From: Patescibacteria group bacterium | GTDB taxonomy: Bacteria; Patescibacteriota; Minisyncoccia; UBA6257; JAKLIH01 | DNA: 47,206 nt | Assembly: GCA_022705625.1 (NCBI GenBank) | Contig: JAKJEE010000001.1 | Coordinates: 1-47,206 of the forward strand | Direction: 5' to 3' | Shown here: positions 1 to 10,122 of the stretch, in pieces | Layout of the letters: the number at the start of each line of letters is the position of its first letter | How positions within the stretch are numbered: the first letter of the stretch is position 1 | Program-made: the position numbers and the translations under genes | Notes under the pieces: model-generated | The model's database searches: none | What the model was told of the DNA's origin: nothing | The model's input: the letters and a program-made list of their open reading frames with translations, nothing else

Positions 1-54
1 TAATTCTTATCATATTTATAGTAAAGTTAATGTGGGGGCAGGCACCAGTCAAAA
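1..54. repeat. 54-bp direct repeat, copy 1 (may extend left of the window); contains end motif GTAAAGTTAATGTGGGGG at 21..38
   Basis: Identical 54-mer TAATTCTTATCATATTTATAGTAAAGTTAATGTGGGGGCAGGCACCAGTCAAAA recurs at 140..193. Confidence 0.9.
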
Positions 55-79
55 ATGAAAATTCCAATATTCAATATTC

Positions 80-177
80 CCCCCACACTAACTTTACGTT
101 AGAATTACAATACTTGCTAATGGACGTAATCGTAATAAATAATTCTTATCATATTTATAGTAAAGTTAATGTGGGGG
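80..177. repeat. 98-bp MITE-like palindromic unit bounded by 18-bp inverted repeats
   Basis: CCCCCACACTAACTTTAC (80..97) versus GTAAAGTTAATGTGGGGG (160..177): reverse complements with one mismatch. The same termini occur at 9770..9868 and 42978..43304. Confidence 0.7.
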
Positions 178-193
178 CAGGCACCAGTCAAAA
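140..193. repeat. 54-bp direct repeat, copy 2
   Basis: Perfect match to 1..54. Confidence 0.9.
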
Positions 194-208
194 GTAAAAA
201 TCAAAAGT

Positions 209-276
209 CCCCCTCCTTTAAAATGCAATAAAAAATTATACATCCTTCGGATGCAATGCACTTTTAAAGAAGGGGG
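209..276. repeat. 68-bp imperfect palindrome with CCCCC/GGGGG ends and a central UUCG-type hairpin
   Basis: CCCCCTCCTTTAAAATGCAAT ... CAATGCACTTTTAAAGAAGGGGG form near-complementary arms. The inner hairpin CATCC-TTCG-GATG is at 241..253. Confidence 0.6.
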
Positions 277-380
277 TGGAAAAACTTAAAAAATTTAATC
301 AATAAACCTTAACTAAAGCACTCCTTTTTCTGAGAACCATGAATGGCTCTTAAAAGAGAGGGTAAAAATTAAAAACAAAA

Positions 381-409
381 CCCCCGAGTAGACATATATC
401 TGCTCGGGG
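381..409 (-). terminator. Rho-independent terminator downstream of tRNA-Arg(UCU)
   Basis: Stem CCCCGAG (382..388) / CTCGGGG (403..409). On the minus strand it is followed by a T-run (complement of AAAAACAAAA at 371..380). Confidence 0.7.
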
Positions 410-416
410 TTTAGTG

Positions 417-488
417 TCTCCCTGGGAGGAATCGAACCTCCATCAATAGCTTAGAAGGCTACTACTCTATCCGTTGAGCTACAGGGAG
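417..488 (-). tRNA. tRNA-Arg (anticodon UCU)
   Basis: Hand-folded cloverleaf: acceptor CTCCCTG/CAGGGAG, D arm GCTC-AACGGATA-GAGT, anticodon arm GTAGC-CTTCTAA-GCTAT, T arm GGAGG-TTCGATT-CCTCC. Confidence 0.85.
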
Positions 489-639
489 AATACAAGATAT
501 TTTGTTCATTATGTTTTAAAGCAACTTTTGGATAACGATATTTATAGATTTATCTTACCATATTTGACATTTGAAATCAAGAACTTTTTTTGCTACAATA
601 TAGTTGATAGGTTAACAATCAAAAGATTAAAACGCTGAA

Positions 640-1254
640 ATGAAAAAAATTATATGAATACTCGTCATAGTGATTATGACAGTTATCGTGAGTGTGATAT
701 TTTGACCCAGGCATAATATTGTTGCTGGCAAAATAATGGCAATTGATAGCGCCAATCGAATTATTACCATTAAAAGCAAAAGCCAAATCATTGACCTAAA
801 AGTCACTAATAATACAAAATTGTTTGACAAAAGTGACCACCCAGCTTTATTTAGTGATTTTAATATTGGTTTTGAAGTAGTAGCGTCTTTAAACAACAAC
901 CATAACTCATCTGCTATTAATACTATTAAAATAACTAGTTCACCGAATATCATTATTGTCACCCCCGAAAATAATTCGGTCGTGAAAAATGATTTTCAAA
1001 TCAAGGGCGTGGCCAGAGTTTTTGAAAATGTTTTACAAGTGCAGGCCATTGATAAAAAAACTAAGCAAATTATTTTTAATAGCCCGGTAATGGCTGAACC
1101 ATTGGATATTGGTTTGTTTGGACCATTCGAAGTGAATATCAATATTCCTGCTCAAAATGACGTGAGTGAAATTGAAGTAAACGCTTTTCAATATTCAGCT
1201 AAAGATGGATCGATTATTGACAAAACAACTATAAATTTAGATGTTGTAAAATAA
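640..1254 (+). CDS. Membrane-anchored protein with a Gmad2-type immunoglobulin-like domain
   Basis: With TGA=Trp the ORF extends to the ATG at 640, giving the N-terminal TM segment MKKIIWILVIVIMTVIVSVIFW. The C-terminal part (IIVTPENNSVVKNDFQIKGVARVFENVLQVQAID...GPFEVNI) resembles the Gmad2 Ig-like fold. Confidence 0.6.
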
Positions 1255-1259
1255 TAATT

Positions 1260-2225
1260 ATGAAATTTAATCGAGGTTTTGTTGAAAATTTATTGGTAGT
1301 GTTGGCCTTATCTTTGATAGTGGCTTTTTCGGCTTTTGTGGCTAAACAAGTAAAAGAGGTTGAGGTTTTGGCTTTAAAACCGATGAATAATGCTATTCGC
1401 AACTTTAAAGATAAAAATATTTTAGTACTTGGTATCGCTGGCTTTGAAAGTAATGGCCCATTATTGACGGATGTAATGATGGTTGTAAATATTAATTTAG
1501 ACAAATCAACTATAAAATCAATATCACTTCCACGCGATTTATTGGTAAATATTAAAAACACTGAACGATTTATCAAAATTAATAATTTGCTAACTATTGA
1601 CAACCCACAATTAAAAATCAAGAAAACCGATTTAATAAAAGAAAAAATTGAACAAATCACTAATCTTCAAATCGATAACGTGGTGATTGTTGATTTAGAT
1701 GGCTTTCGCTATTTTATTGACGCCATTGGTGGTATCAATGTTTATCTCGATGAACCGTTATATGACCCACAATTAGCTAACCCAGATAATCCCAATGAAA
1801 GATTCTATTTAGAAGCTGGCTGAAATTATTTAGATGGCAAAAAAGCGGCTAAGTTTGTTAGATCTCGCTATGCTGCTACTGGTGATTTTTCAAGAATTAA
1901 TCATCAACATGACTTATTGATGGCGGTCTTTCAAAAACTTAAAAAGCTCAATGCTTTTACTAGCCCGGTAATGCTTTATAAGATTTATAGCAGTTGAAAT
2001 GGTTATTTATATACCGATTTTAATGTTCAAGATGGCTTTAAACTATTACCATTAGCTAAAAATTTAGATATTAAAAATGTTAAATTTGCCACCATCGGTT
2101 ACTCAAAACCAGAACCACTATTAATTTCAAACAACACTGCTGAATATGGCTATTTTCTAATGCCAAAAATTGGCTTGGAAAATTACAGTGAAATACATAA
2201 TTTTATTTATAATTTTCTTTACTAA
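1260..2225 (+). CDS. LytR-CpsA-Psr (LCP) family cell-envelope glycopolymer transferase
   Basis: Fragment 1260..1823 continues through two in-frame TGAs to the TAA at 2223. Motifs: NILVLGI...LLTDVMMVV, ISLPRDL, DGFRYFIDAIGGINV, LDGKKAAKFVRSRY...DFSRINHQ. Confidence 0.8.
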
Positions 2226-2227
2226 CT

Positions 2228-2818
2228 ATGGACTCGAAAAACAATAAAAAAATAATTGTCGGCTTAAACAATCCAGGTAAACAATACGACCAAACCCCTC
2301 ATAATATTGGTAAAATATTTGTGGAGTGGCTTATCGAGAAATTGATCAGCGATCAAAAAATAGAAACGGGCGTCAAATGAAAAGATGATAAAAAAAATAT
2401 GGCCAAAATATTAGAAACCAAGGTTGGTCATAAAGATATAATTTTTGTTTTACCAAAAACATTTATGAACAATTCCGGCCAAACAGTTGCGAAGATACTG
2501 AATTACTATAAAATTGATATGAAAGGCCTTATGGTTGTTCACGATGAATCTGATATGCTAATTGGAAAATCAAAATTGGGTTTTAGCCATTCCGCCGCTG
2601 GTCACCGAGGCGTCGACTCAATTATCCAAAGTTTAAAGACTCAATCGTTTTGAAGATTTAGAATTGGTATTAGGCCGATTGATATTTCGGAATCAAAATA
2701 TCAGTTTAAAGCTGGCGACTATGTTGTTAAGAAAATGACTAAAGAGAATCAAAAAATTCTAACCCGTAATTTTGAAAAGTTCTATATTGATATTATGAGA
2801 TGAATTATTAATAGTTAA
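2228..2818 (+). CDS. pth: Peptidyl-tRNA hydrolase
   Basis: VGLNNPGKQYDQTPHNIG, PKTFMNNSGQ, VVHDESD...GKSKLGFSHSAAGHRGVDSI. Three in-frame TGAs are read as Trp. Confidence 0.9.
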
Positions 2819-2892
2819 TTGTTGACTTGCTACTGATTATGTGTTAAACTATCAACAGCTGTTTCAAAAAAACAAATAATTAGGAGGTTTTT

Positions 2893-3300
2893 GTGAAAAT
2901 TAGATTCAAGTTTGTTGATGGTAATTTGTTTGACACGGTGAGAGGTAAACCCATGACCGATGAAGAATTGTTCTTAATGTTGGGTGAACCATTAAGCATA
3001 GAGAACTACTTAATCATCGTTACTTATCTAAAAAAACACGGTTTCCGAAATGAAGTTAGTGTCTCTGACGAGATTGTGGTCAAAGAGAATGTGGTAAATT
3101 TTATACCTGGTAACGGTATACCGCCATTTACTCTAACGACAAAACAACTGTTGGCAGAAGCAAAATGGAATGCTTCAAATCCACATTGGAACCAACCAGC
3201 GATGATAGTGCACCCCGACGGGTACAATGTTATAAATTTGACGCCATCTCAACTGGCACAAATCAAGATCATCGCCGACACAATCCGTGAACTAGCGTAA
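2893..3300 (+). CDS. Hypothetical protein (135 aa), compositionally atypical
   Basis: GTG start 6 nt after a canonical AGGAGG (2882..2887). Intact ORF with no TGA and two TGG Trp codons. Followed by a terminator. Confidence 0.6.
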   Translation: MKIRFKFVDGNLFDTVRGKPMTDEELFLMLGEPLSIENYLIIVTYLKKHGFRNEVSVSDEIVVKENVVNFIPGNGIPPFTLTTKQLLAEAKWNASNPHWNQPAMIVHPDGYNVINLTPSQLAQIKIIADTIRELA

Positions 3301-3310
3301 AGTATCTAAA

Positions 3311-3346
3311 AAGTCGAGCTCAGTGACTCCTGAACTCGACTTTTCT
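3311..3346 (+). terminator. Rho-independent terminator after the 2893..3300 ORF
   Basis: Stem AAGTCGAG (3311..3318) / CTCGACTT (3335..3342), then a T-run. Confidence 0.7.
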
Positions 3347-3360
3347 ATTTAGGTGTAATG

Positions 3361-3431
3361 TCGGGGTGCCCAGAATCGAACTGGGACCACATGCTCCCAA
3401 AGCATATATACTACCACTATACGACACCCCG
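3361..3431 (-). tRNA. tRNA-Pro (anticodon UGG)
   Basis: Acceptor CGGGGTG/CACCCCG, anticodon arm TATGC-TTTGGGA-GCATG, T arm CCCAG-TTCGATT-CTGGG. Confidence 0.8.
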
Positions 3432-3570
3432 TGTTTAGTTGATTTCTTAAATATTAACAAATTTAGATGTAAAAATCAATAGAGATCGGTTGACTCTATC
3501 GTTGTTTTTAAGGTATTTGTATGGTAAAATTTAAAAATATAAATGGATAAACACGATTTTATATACCAAT

Positions 3571-4881
3571 ATGAATAAAATGCTTTTAAATTTTAATACG
3601 GTAATCACGGGCAAAATTATTAGAACAATTTTAATTTTACTTACCACCATATTAGTTGGACGATTTTTAGGACCAGAAGGCAAAGGTGTTTTTATGTTAA
3701 TAACTATTTTGCCAACATTAGCCGTGACCTTTGGAAATATTGGCCTTAATAATTCAAATACTTTTTGAGCTTCAAAAGATCAAGAAAACATACAAAAGCT
3801 ATTTTATAGTTCTTTTTGATTGAGTCTTTTTTTGGGGTTAACTTTCACGTCACTGTTTGTTTTTGCTTCAAAAATGAATGTAAAAGTATTGTTTGGAAAT
3901 TTAGGGGCACCTTATATAATCATGCTGGGAATTATAATACCCTTTGTATTAAGTGAATCATTGTTCCAAGGAATTATAATCGGACAAAAAAACTTTGGAT
4001 TATTTAATGCTGGACAAATTAGTGTTTATTTAATCATCACCATTGGTATAATAATTGGTAAAATATTTTTTACATTCACAACATATTATTTAGCAGTTAT
4101 CACGACTATAGCATTAATGTGCCCGGCTATACTTTATTTAATACAATTATGAAAACAGTTTGGCATAAAATGATATTTTAACTGAACTTTGATAAAAAAA
4201 TGTATCAATTTTGGTTTTCGATCTTATCTAGTCACAGTTATGTCATATTTAATCTGGCGTAGTGATATTTATTTTGTTAATATCTTTTTAAATATGCGCG
4301 AAGTGGGGCTATATTCGGTAGCGGTAAATTTTGCTGATGCCATCGTGCTAATTAGTAATGCGATTGGATTAGTTTTATTTCCTCAAATAGCGGCCAATCC
4401 AGAAGGAGGATTAAAAATAACTCTCAAAATAACCCGATTATTATTTGCATTATTAATCGTTGTATCGATAGCCATTTTCATATTCGCTAAACCGTTTATT
4501 ATTTTATTTTTTGGATTAGCATTTCAACCATCAATATTGTCAGTTTATATTTTGACAATAGCAGCTGGCATTTGATCAATTACTTCTATTTTATCATTGT
4601 ATTTTGCTTCTCAAGGCTTTCCTTGAAAAACAGTTTGGATATGATTTCCGGGTTTAATAATCAATGTGCTAATAAATATTATCTTTTTACCCAAATATGG
4701 ATTAATTGTAGCGGCCATATCATCTTTAATCACCTATGGCATCACGCTAATATTATGCGTTAGCTATCTACGCCAGTTTCACCAAATAACACTGAAAGAT
4801 ATCATCATTACCAATCGTGATGAAATTGGCTGTTTTGTAAACACAATAAAAAAAACTATTATAAATTTTCACCATGGATAA
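3571..4881 (+). CDS. Polysaccharide/oligosaccharide flippase (MOP/Wzx-like, polytopic membrane protein)
   Basis: Fragments 3571, 3820, 4189 and 4666 share one frame and are separated only by TGA. The product is hydrophobic throughout with many predicted TM helices, and sits in a glycosyltransferase locus. Confidence 0.7.
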
Positions 4882-5839
4882 AAATAACAGTGTTGATATT
4901 TTGGAAATAGCTTCTAAAATAGACCCCGGTATAAGGCCAAGCTTTAGGCTCAGCGGTCATTGTAAATTTTTATTACAAAGAATAAGAATATTAATAACCA
5001 CTGGCAATAATAAAGTTTTGGGGTTATTGTTTATTATTTCAAAAGCATTAAAGATTAATAATAGTTTTTTACAAAATTATGGGGCGATTACAATCTTAGA
5101 TTATTTTTTTCAAAACAAATCAAAAAATCCAGTCATTTTGTTCGACAAACCATTTTATTATATAGTCGACGATAAGCCAACAATTTATAGCGAATACGCC
5201 TCTTTTATGTCAATGTTAACATTGATTCTCGCCATAGTCATTGACGATCAATATGGTTTAAAAACATTTAAAAAAAGCTATTCGACAATTATAGATGCTG
5301 GCGCTCAAATTGGTGTTTTTTCAGTATACGCAAATTATTTTAATCCTAATGCTACTATATATAGCTTTGAACCATCAAAAAAAATATTTAACTTATTAGC
5401 AAAAAACACACAGAACAGCCAAAACATAAAAATATTTAATTTAGCGTTGGGCGAGAGTGAAAAAACAATCAATCTATTAACTGGCAACAAAAACCCATTA
5501 TATGGTGGCGACGCAATTGAAAATAGCGAGATGGTTCTAAACCAAAAAGAAAAATTCCTTAACACTGAGGAAATAAAAATGACTACAATAGACAAGTTGG
5601 TGGAAACAAATAATATTCAAAGCGTTGATTTCATTAAGATTGACACTGAGGGCTATGAAAAAAATATCCTTTTGGGGGCCAAAGAAACAATCAAAAAATT
5701 CTCACCAATTATTGTTTGCTCAGCTTATCATTTAAAAAATGACAAAATAGAAATACCAAAACTCATAAAATCAATCGATAATAATTATCAATACCATTTA
5801 ACCAAAAAATGAGAGGAGGACTTTATCTTTTATAAATAA
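4874..5839 (+). CDS. FkbM-family SAM-dependent methyltransferase
   Basis: IIDAGAQIGVFSVYA...IYSFEPS...LALGESE...VDFIKIDTEGYE. Reads through the TGA at 5810 to the TAA at 5837. Confidence 0.8.
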
Positions 5840-5861
5840 ACATTAAAAATATAAATTTAGA

Positions 5862-6983
5862 ATGATAAAAATATTATTTTTAACACATACATTTGATGAT
5901 GGTGGCGTCGAACGAAATACTTTTCAATTGATAAATACTTTTAATCAAAATTCTGTCAATAATTTTGATATTAGAGTGGTTTCTTTGCTCGGCAAAGGGC
6001 CATTTTATGATCCAGCTTTTTGTCAATGTTTAATGCCGGTGGCTTTGAATGTCCAAAAAATGCGTAAATCTAAATGAATATTATATCCATTGATATTGAT
6101 TTTTTTGCCATATTTAGTTTATCAATTAAATCAATACTTAAAAAAAGAAAGACCAAATATTATTTGCACCAATATGTGATTAGCTGATATTTTAGGAATT
6201 TGGATTGGCCATAAAAATGAATATAAAACAATAGCTATTCAACATGATATTGTTAAAATCAATCCATTGTTTGCTTGGTTAAAGAGAAAGTCGTTAAGGT
6301 CTGCTGATCAGATAGTAGCCGTGTCCAACTGTACCAAAACATTTCTAATAAATTATTTTAAAACTCCCGAAAGTAAAATCACAGTTATATACAATGGGGT
6401 TGATTATAATAAATTTGAATATAGTCATAAGAATTTGGAAGCTAAGGCATTAGTTTTAGGTACGGTGGCAAAGTTAGACAAAATAAAGCGGCATATTGAT
6501 GTATTAAACGCATTATTAATCCTAAGAAAAAGAAAGATACAATTGCCACCTTATATTATTGTTGGCAATGGTCCTGAAAATACCTATTTACAAGGTTTGG
6601 TGAAAAAGCATGGTTTGGACAATGTTAAATTTGTAGGAGAAGTGACTGATATAAATCCTTGATTGAAACAAATCGATATTTTTATTTTGCCATCAATATC
6701 CGAAGGATTGGGTATCGCCGTAATCGAAGCGATGATAGCCAAAAAAATCATTATTGGTTCTGATATTGAAGCGTTAAGAGAATTGATTATTAATCAACAA
6801 ACGGGATTGTTGCTACCACCAAGAAACCCAGCACTTTTAGCTGATGCTATTGATTGAACCCTTACTCATCCTTTAGAAGCTCAAAACTTAGCGGAAGCGG
6901 CATATGATTGAATATACTCGCACTATCAAACTTTTAGTAATAAAGTATCGGCTGATCAATATCGTAAATTGTTTTTAGCATAA
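5862..6983 (+). CDS. Glycosyltransferase, GT4 family (GT-B fold)
   Basis: Fragments 5862, 6267 and 6663 are in the same frame. C-terminal motif ILPSISEGLGIAVIEAMIAKKIIIGSDIEALRELI...TGLL (EX7E type). Confidence 0.85.
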
Positions 6984-7290
6984 TTGCCTTGTTTAATTTT
7001 AAAGATAAATTTTGTTAAACTGCTCGTCATCAGCTAATAAATTACTGCTATGAAATCAATGACGGTAATGGTCACAAGCCATGAAATAATGCATTTGAGC
7101 ACGCTGCTCAAAGATATTAAAAATGGTAGTATTAATAATGGCGTGATGTATACAAATTAAAATTTTAATGCTAATTTATCTACTATATTTTTGGTAATAC
7201 CTTCCCAAAAATACAAAATGTTCAAAAAATTTAATAAAAATATATTTAAAATATCAGTGTTTGGTAGAAGGCTAAACTAATTAGAATAAT

Positions 7291-8511
7291 ATGAAAATTT
7301 TAATTGTAACTCAAAATTTTCCACCCGATATAGGCGGTGGGGCAATAAGATTATCTGGCTATGCTAACTATTTGACTCAATTTGGGCACAAAGTCACTGT
7401 TCTTTGTGCTAATCCAGTTTATCCGAGAGGTAAAATCTTTGAAGGTTATAAGAACAAGTGATTTCAAAAAGAGGAAAAAGATGGTTATACGATAGTGAGA
7501 ACTTGAATTTGGCCAGTAAAACCCAAATCACACCCTATTAAAAGAATAGTATCTTACTGTTCTTTTGTTGTTTCGGCTTGTTTTGGTTCTTTTAGATTGC
7601 CTAAACCAGATATTATTATTTCCGCTACTCCATCTTTGTTTTCTTCTTTCGTAAGTATTTTTTATAAAAAGGTAAAAAAAGTAAAAATTATTTTAGATAT
7701 TACTGATCTGTGACCTGATTTAGCCTTAGCTACTGGTTTTATGAAAAAAGGGACTTTGTTTTCCTTGGCTAAGATAGTCGAACATTGAATATATAAGAAT
7801 GTTAATTATTTTACGCCTAATTGCGAGGGAGTTAAGAAAGGACTCTTAAAAAATGGCGTAAAAGAAGAAAACCTAACTGTTATTTCTGATTGTACGGATT
7901 TAGAAATGTTTCCACTTGATATCAACAATGAATACATTAAACAACGATATAATTTAGAAAATAAATTTGTGGTTGGTTACGCTGGGTTATTAGGGTTTGC
8001 TCAAAAAATAGAAGATATAATTTTAGCGGCTAAAGAATTAAAAAATTATCAAGATATTGTTTTTCTAATCGTTGGTGGGGGAGGATTAAAGGCAAAAGCT
8101 GAAAATATGGTTAAAGAATTTGAATTAAACAACGTTATCTTTGCTGGCGAACAACCCCGAAGAGAAATTCCTTTTTTTATAACATCTTTTTCCGTCGGAT
8201 TGATAACTTTAGCCGCAAATGACTTATATAGAAATTCTATGCCTTCAAAATTATACGATTGTTTTGCGGCTAATGTGCCGGCTATTGTAAATTTAAAAGG
8301 CGTTATGTGAGATGTAGTTAAAAATGCTCAAGCGGGATTGTTAGCAGCAGAAAACGACCCAAAAGATATGGCTAATAAAATTTTGTATTTATATTATAAT
8401 CCGAGCGAGGCAAAAATAATGGGCAACAACGGCAGAGCATATGCAGAAGAGCATTATGATCGAAAAAAAATAGTGAAGAAATTGGAAGCCGTAATTAATA
8501 AAATTAAATAA
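7291..8511 (+). CDS. Glycosyltransferase, GT4 family (WcaI-like)
   Basis: MKILIVTQNFPPDIGGGAIR... N-terminus. Read through multiple TGAs in the frame of fragment 7906..8310 to the TAA at 8509. Confidence 0.8.
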
Positions 8512-8580
8512 TAATTGATTTTATTAAATAACTTTGATATTCTATTAAAGATTTAAATTTAAAAAAAATAAAAATACATT

Positions 8581-9540
8581 ATGGCAAAAGTTTTAATTAC
8601 TGGCAGTAAAGGGGTAATAGGCACTCAACTAACAAAGCTATTACAGGCAAGGGGACATACGGTTTTTGGTATTGATTTAAGACATGAACCAGCTGAGGCG
8701 GGCTGAGAACACGAAATGTCGCTTGAGCAGTTTACTTATGCAAGATGTGATGTTGGTAACTATCGACAATTAGAGCGTGTTTTTGAAAAAATGGGCCCTT
8801 TTGATTTTGTCTATCATACGGCCGCTGAATTTGGTAGATGAAATGGCGAGGATTATTATGAGGAAGTTTGAAAAACTAACGTAATTGGAACCAAAAATAT
8901 TATAAGATTGCAAGAAAAATACAAATTTAAATTAATTCATTTCTCTTCTTCTGAAGTGTATGGTGATTTTGATGGTATTATGAAAGAAGAAGTTATGGAT
9001 CAACAAGAAATAAAACAACTGAATGATTATGCAATGTCAAAATGAGTTAGCGAAATGCAAATAAAAAATTCCTTTCTGTGACGAAAAACTGAAACGGTGG
9101 TGGTAAGATTATTTTGCACTTATGGTCCGGGTGAATGATATCATCCTTACAGAGGCGTTCTTGCCAAATTCTGTTACCATGCATTAATGAAAATTCCTAT
9201 TGTCGTATATAGGGGTGGGGAAAGGGGTTTTACCTGAATTGATGACGCCTGTAATGCCTTGGCAAATATTATTGACAATTTTAAACCTGGTGAGACCTAT
9301 AATATTTCTGCAACAGAATATTGTAGTATAAAAAAATTGGCTGAAATAATATGAAACTATATTGGAGCAGATAAATCTCTGATTCGCTACGAAGATTCGG
9401 AAGTAATGACAGCTAAATCAAAAAAAGTAAATGTTGATAAATCAATAAGGGACTTGGGTTTTAAAAATACTATGGCGCTGGAAGAAGGTATTAAAAGCAC
9501 TATCAATTGAATGAGGGAATATTATAATATAAAAGATTAA
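8581..9540 (+). CDS. NAD-dependent sugar epimerase/dehydratase (extended SDR)
   Basis: Absent from the ORF track because many TGAs split it. The joined frame gives VLITGSKGVIGTQL (Rossmann GxxGxxG) and the catalytic YAMSK (YxxxK). Continuous to the TAA at 9538. Confidence 0.8.
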
Positions 9541-9542
9541 TT

Positions 9543-9571
9543 AAAAACCGACGAACAAATCGTCGGTTTTT
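9543..9571. terminator. Bidirectional terminator shared by the epimerase gene (+) and tRNA-Leu (-)
   Basis: Stem ACCGACGA (9547..9554) / TCGTCGGT (9560..9567), flanked by an A-run and a T-run. Confidence 0.75.
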
Positions 9572-9577
9572 AAATTG

Positions 9578-9660
9578 TGCCCAGGGAGGGACTCGAACCC
9601 ACACTGGATAATTCCAAAAGGATTTTAAGTCCTTCGCGTCTACCATTCCGCCACCTGGGC
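9578..9660 (-). tRNA. tRNA-Leu (anticodon UAA), class II with long variable arm
   Basis: Acceptor GCCCAGG/CCTGGGC, anticodon loop CTTAAAA, variable arm TGGAATTATCCAGT, T loop TTCGAGT. There is one U-U mismatch in the T stem. Confidence 0.8.
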
Positions 9661-9769
9661 AAATAAAATATAATATATCTTTTTTAAAAAACAAACTTAA
9701 AAGTTGTATATTGCCAAAGAATCCTGTCCCCACACTAACCTTTGGTTAGTAGTGGAGCGAAGCGTCTAG

Positions 9770-9868
9770 CCCCCACATTAACTTTACTAAACGCGGGTTA
9801 TAATTTATCTACTATCTTTCGCTTCTCTTAACTAATATTACCGTTCTATCGTAAAGTTAGTGTGGGGG
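9770..9868. repeat. 99-bp MITE-like palindromic unit (same termini as 80..177)
   Basis: CCCCCACATTAACTTTAC (9770..9787) / GTAAAGTTAGTGTGGGGG (9851..9868). Confidence 0.7.
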
Positions 9869-9912
9869 ACTTTTGACTTTATTCTTGTTTATTGGATATT
9901 GGAATTTTCATT

Positions 9913-9940
9913 TTTGACATTTGACATTTGACATTTGACT
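9913..9940. repeat. Heptamer tandem repeat (TTTGACA) x4
   Basis: tttgaca tttgaca tttgaca tttgact, read directly from the sequence. Confidence 0.9.
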
Positions 9941-10122
9941 TTATTATTGGTTAGTGTGGGGGGGCGAAGCGGGGCCACCTGGGCATATACTTATTTATGA
10001 TTTTAATTTATCAAATTTTTTTCGAAAAATCAACTATTAACTTTTTATATTTTTGCTGTTAAAACCATTGATTTTTTTATAATTTTGTTTTATACTATGT
10101 AATAAGATTAACAAAAAAACTT

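Larger units (their letters stand above)
9662..9973. mobile_element. 312-bp non-coding insertion-like block made of nested palindromic repeats, flanked by a 12-bp duplication of the tRNA-Leu 5' end
   Basis: GCCACCTGGGCA occurs at 9650..9661 and 9974..9985. The interior holds outer inverted repeats 9728..9740 / 9949..9961 and the inner 99-bp unit 9770..9868. Confidence 0.5.

Noticed and set aside
9503-9733. 76-aa minus-strand ORF
   Set aside because: It runs straight through tRNA-Leu, a terminator and the repeat block, so it is not a plausible gene.
1-9985. Whether the direct and tandem repeats (54-bp pair, TTTGACA x4, palindromic units) form a CRISPR array
   Set aside because: There is no regular repeat-spacer periodicity, the repeats are inverted or nested rather than evenly spaced direct repeats, and no cas genes are present in the window.
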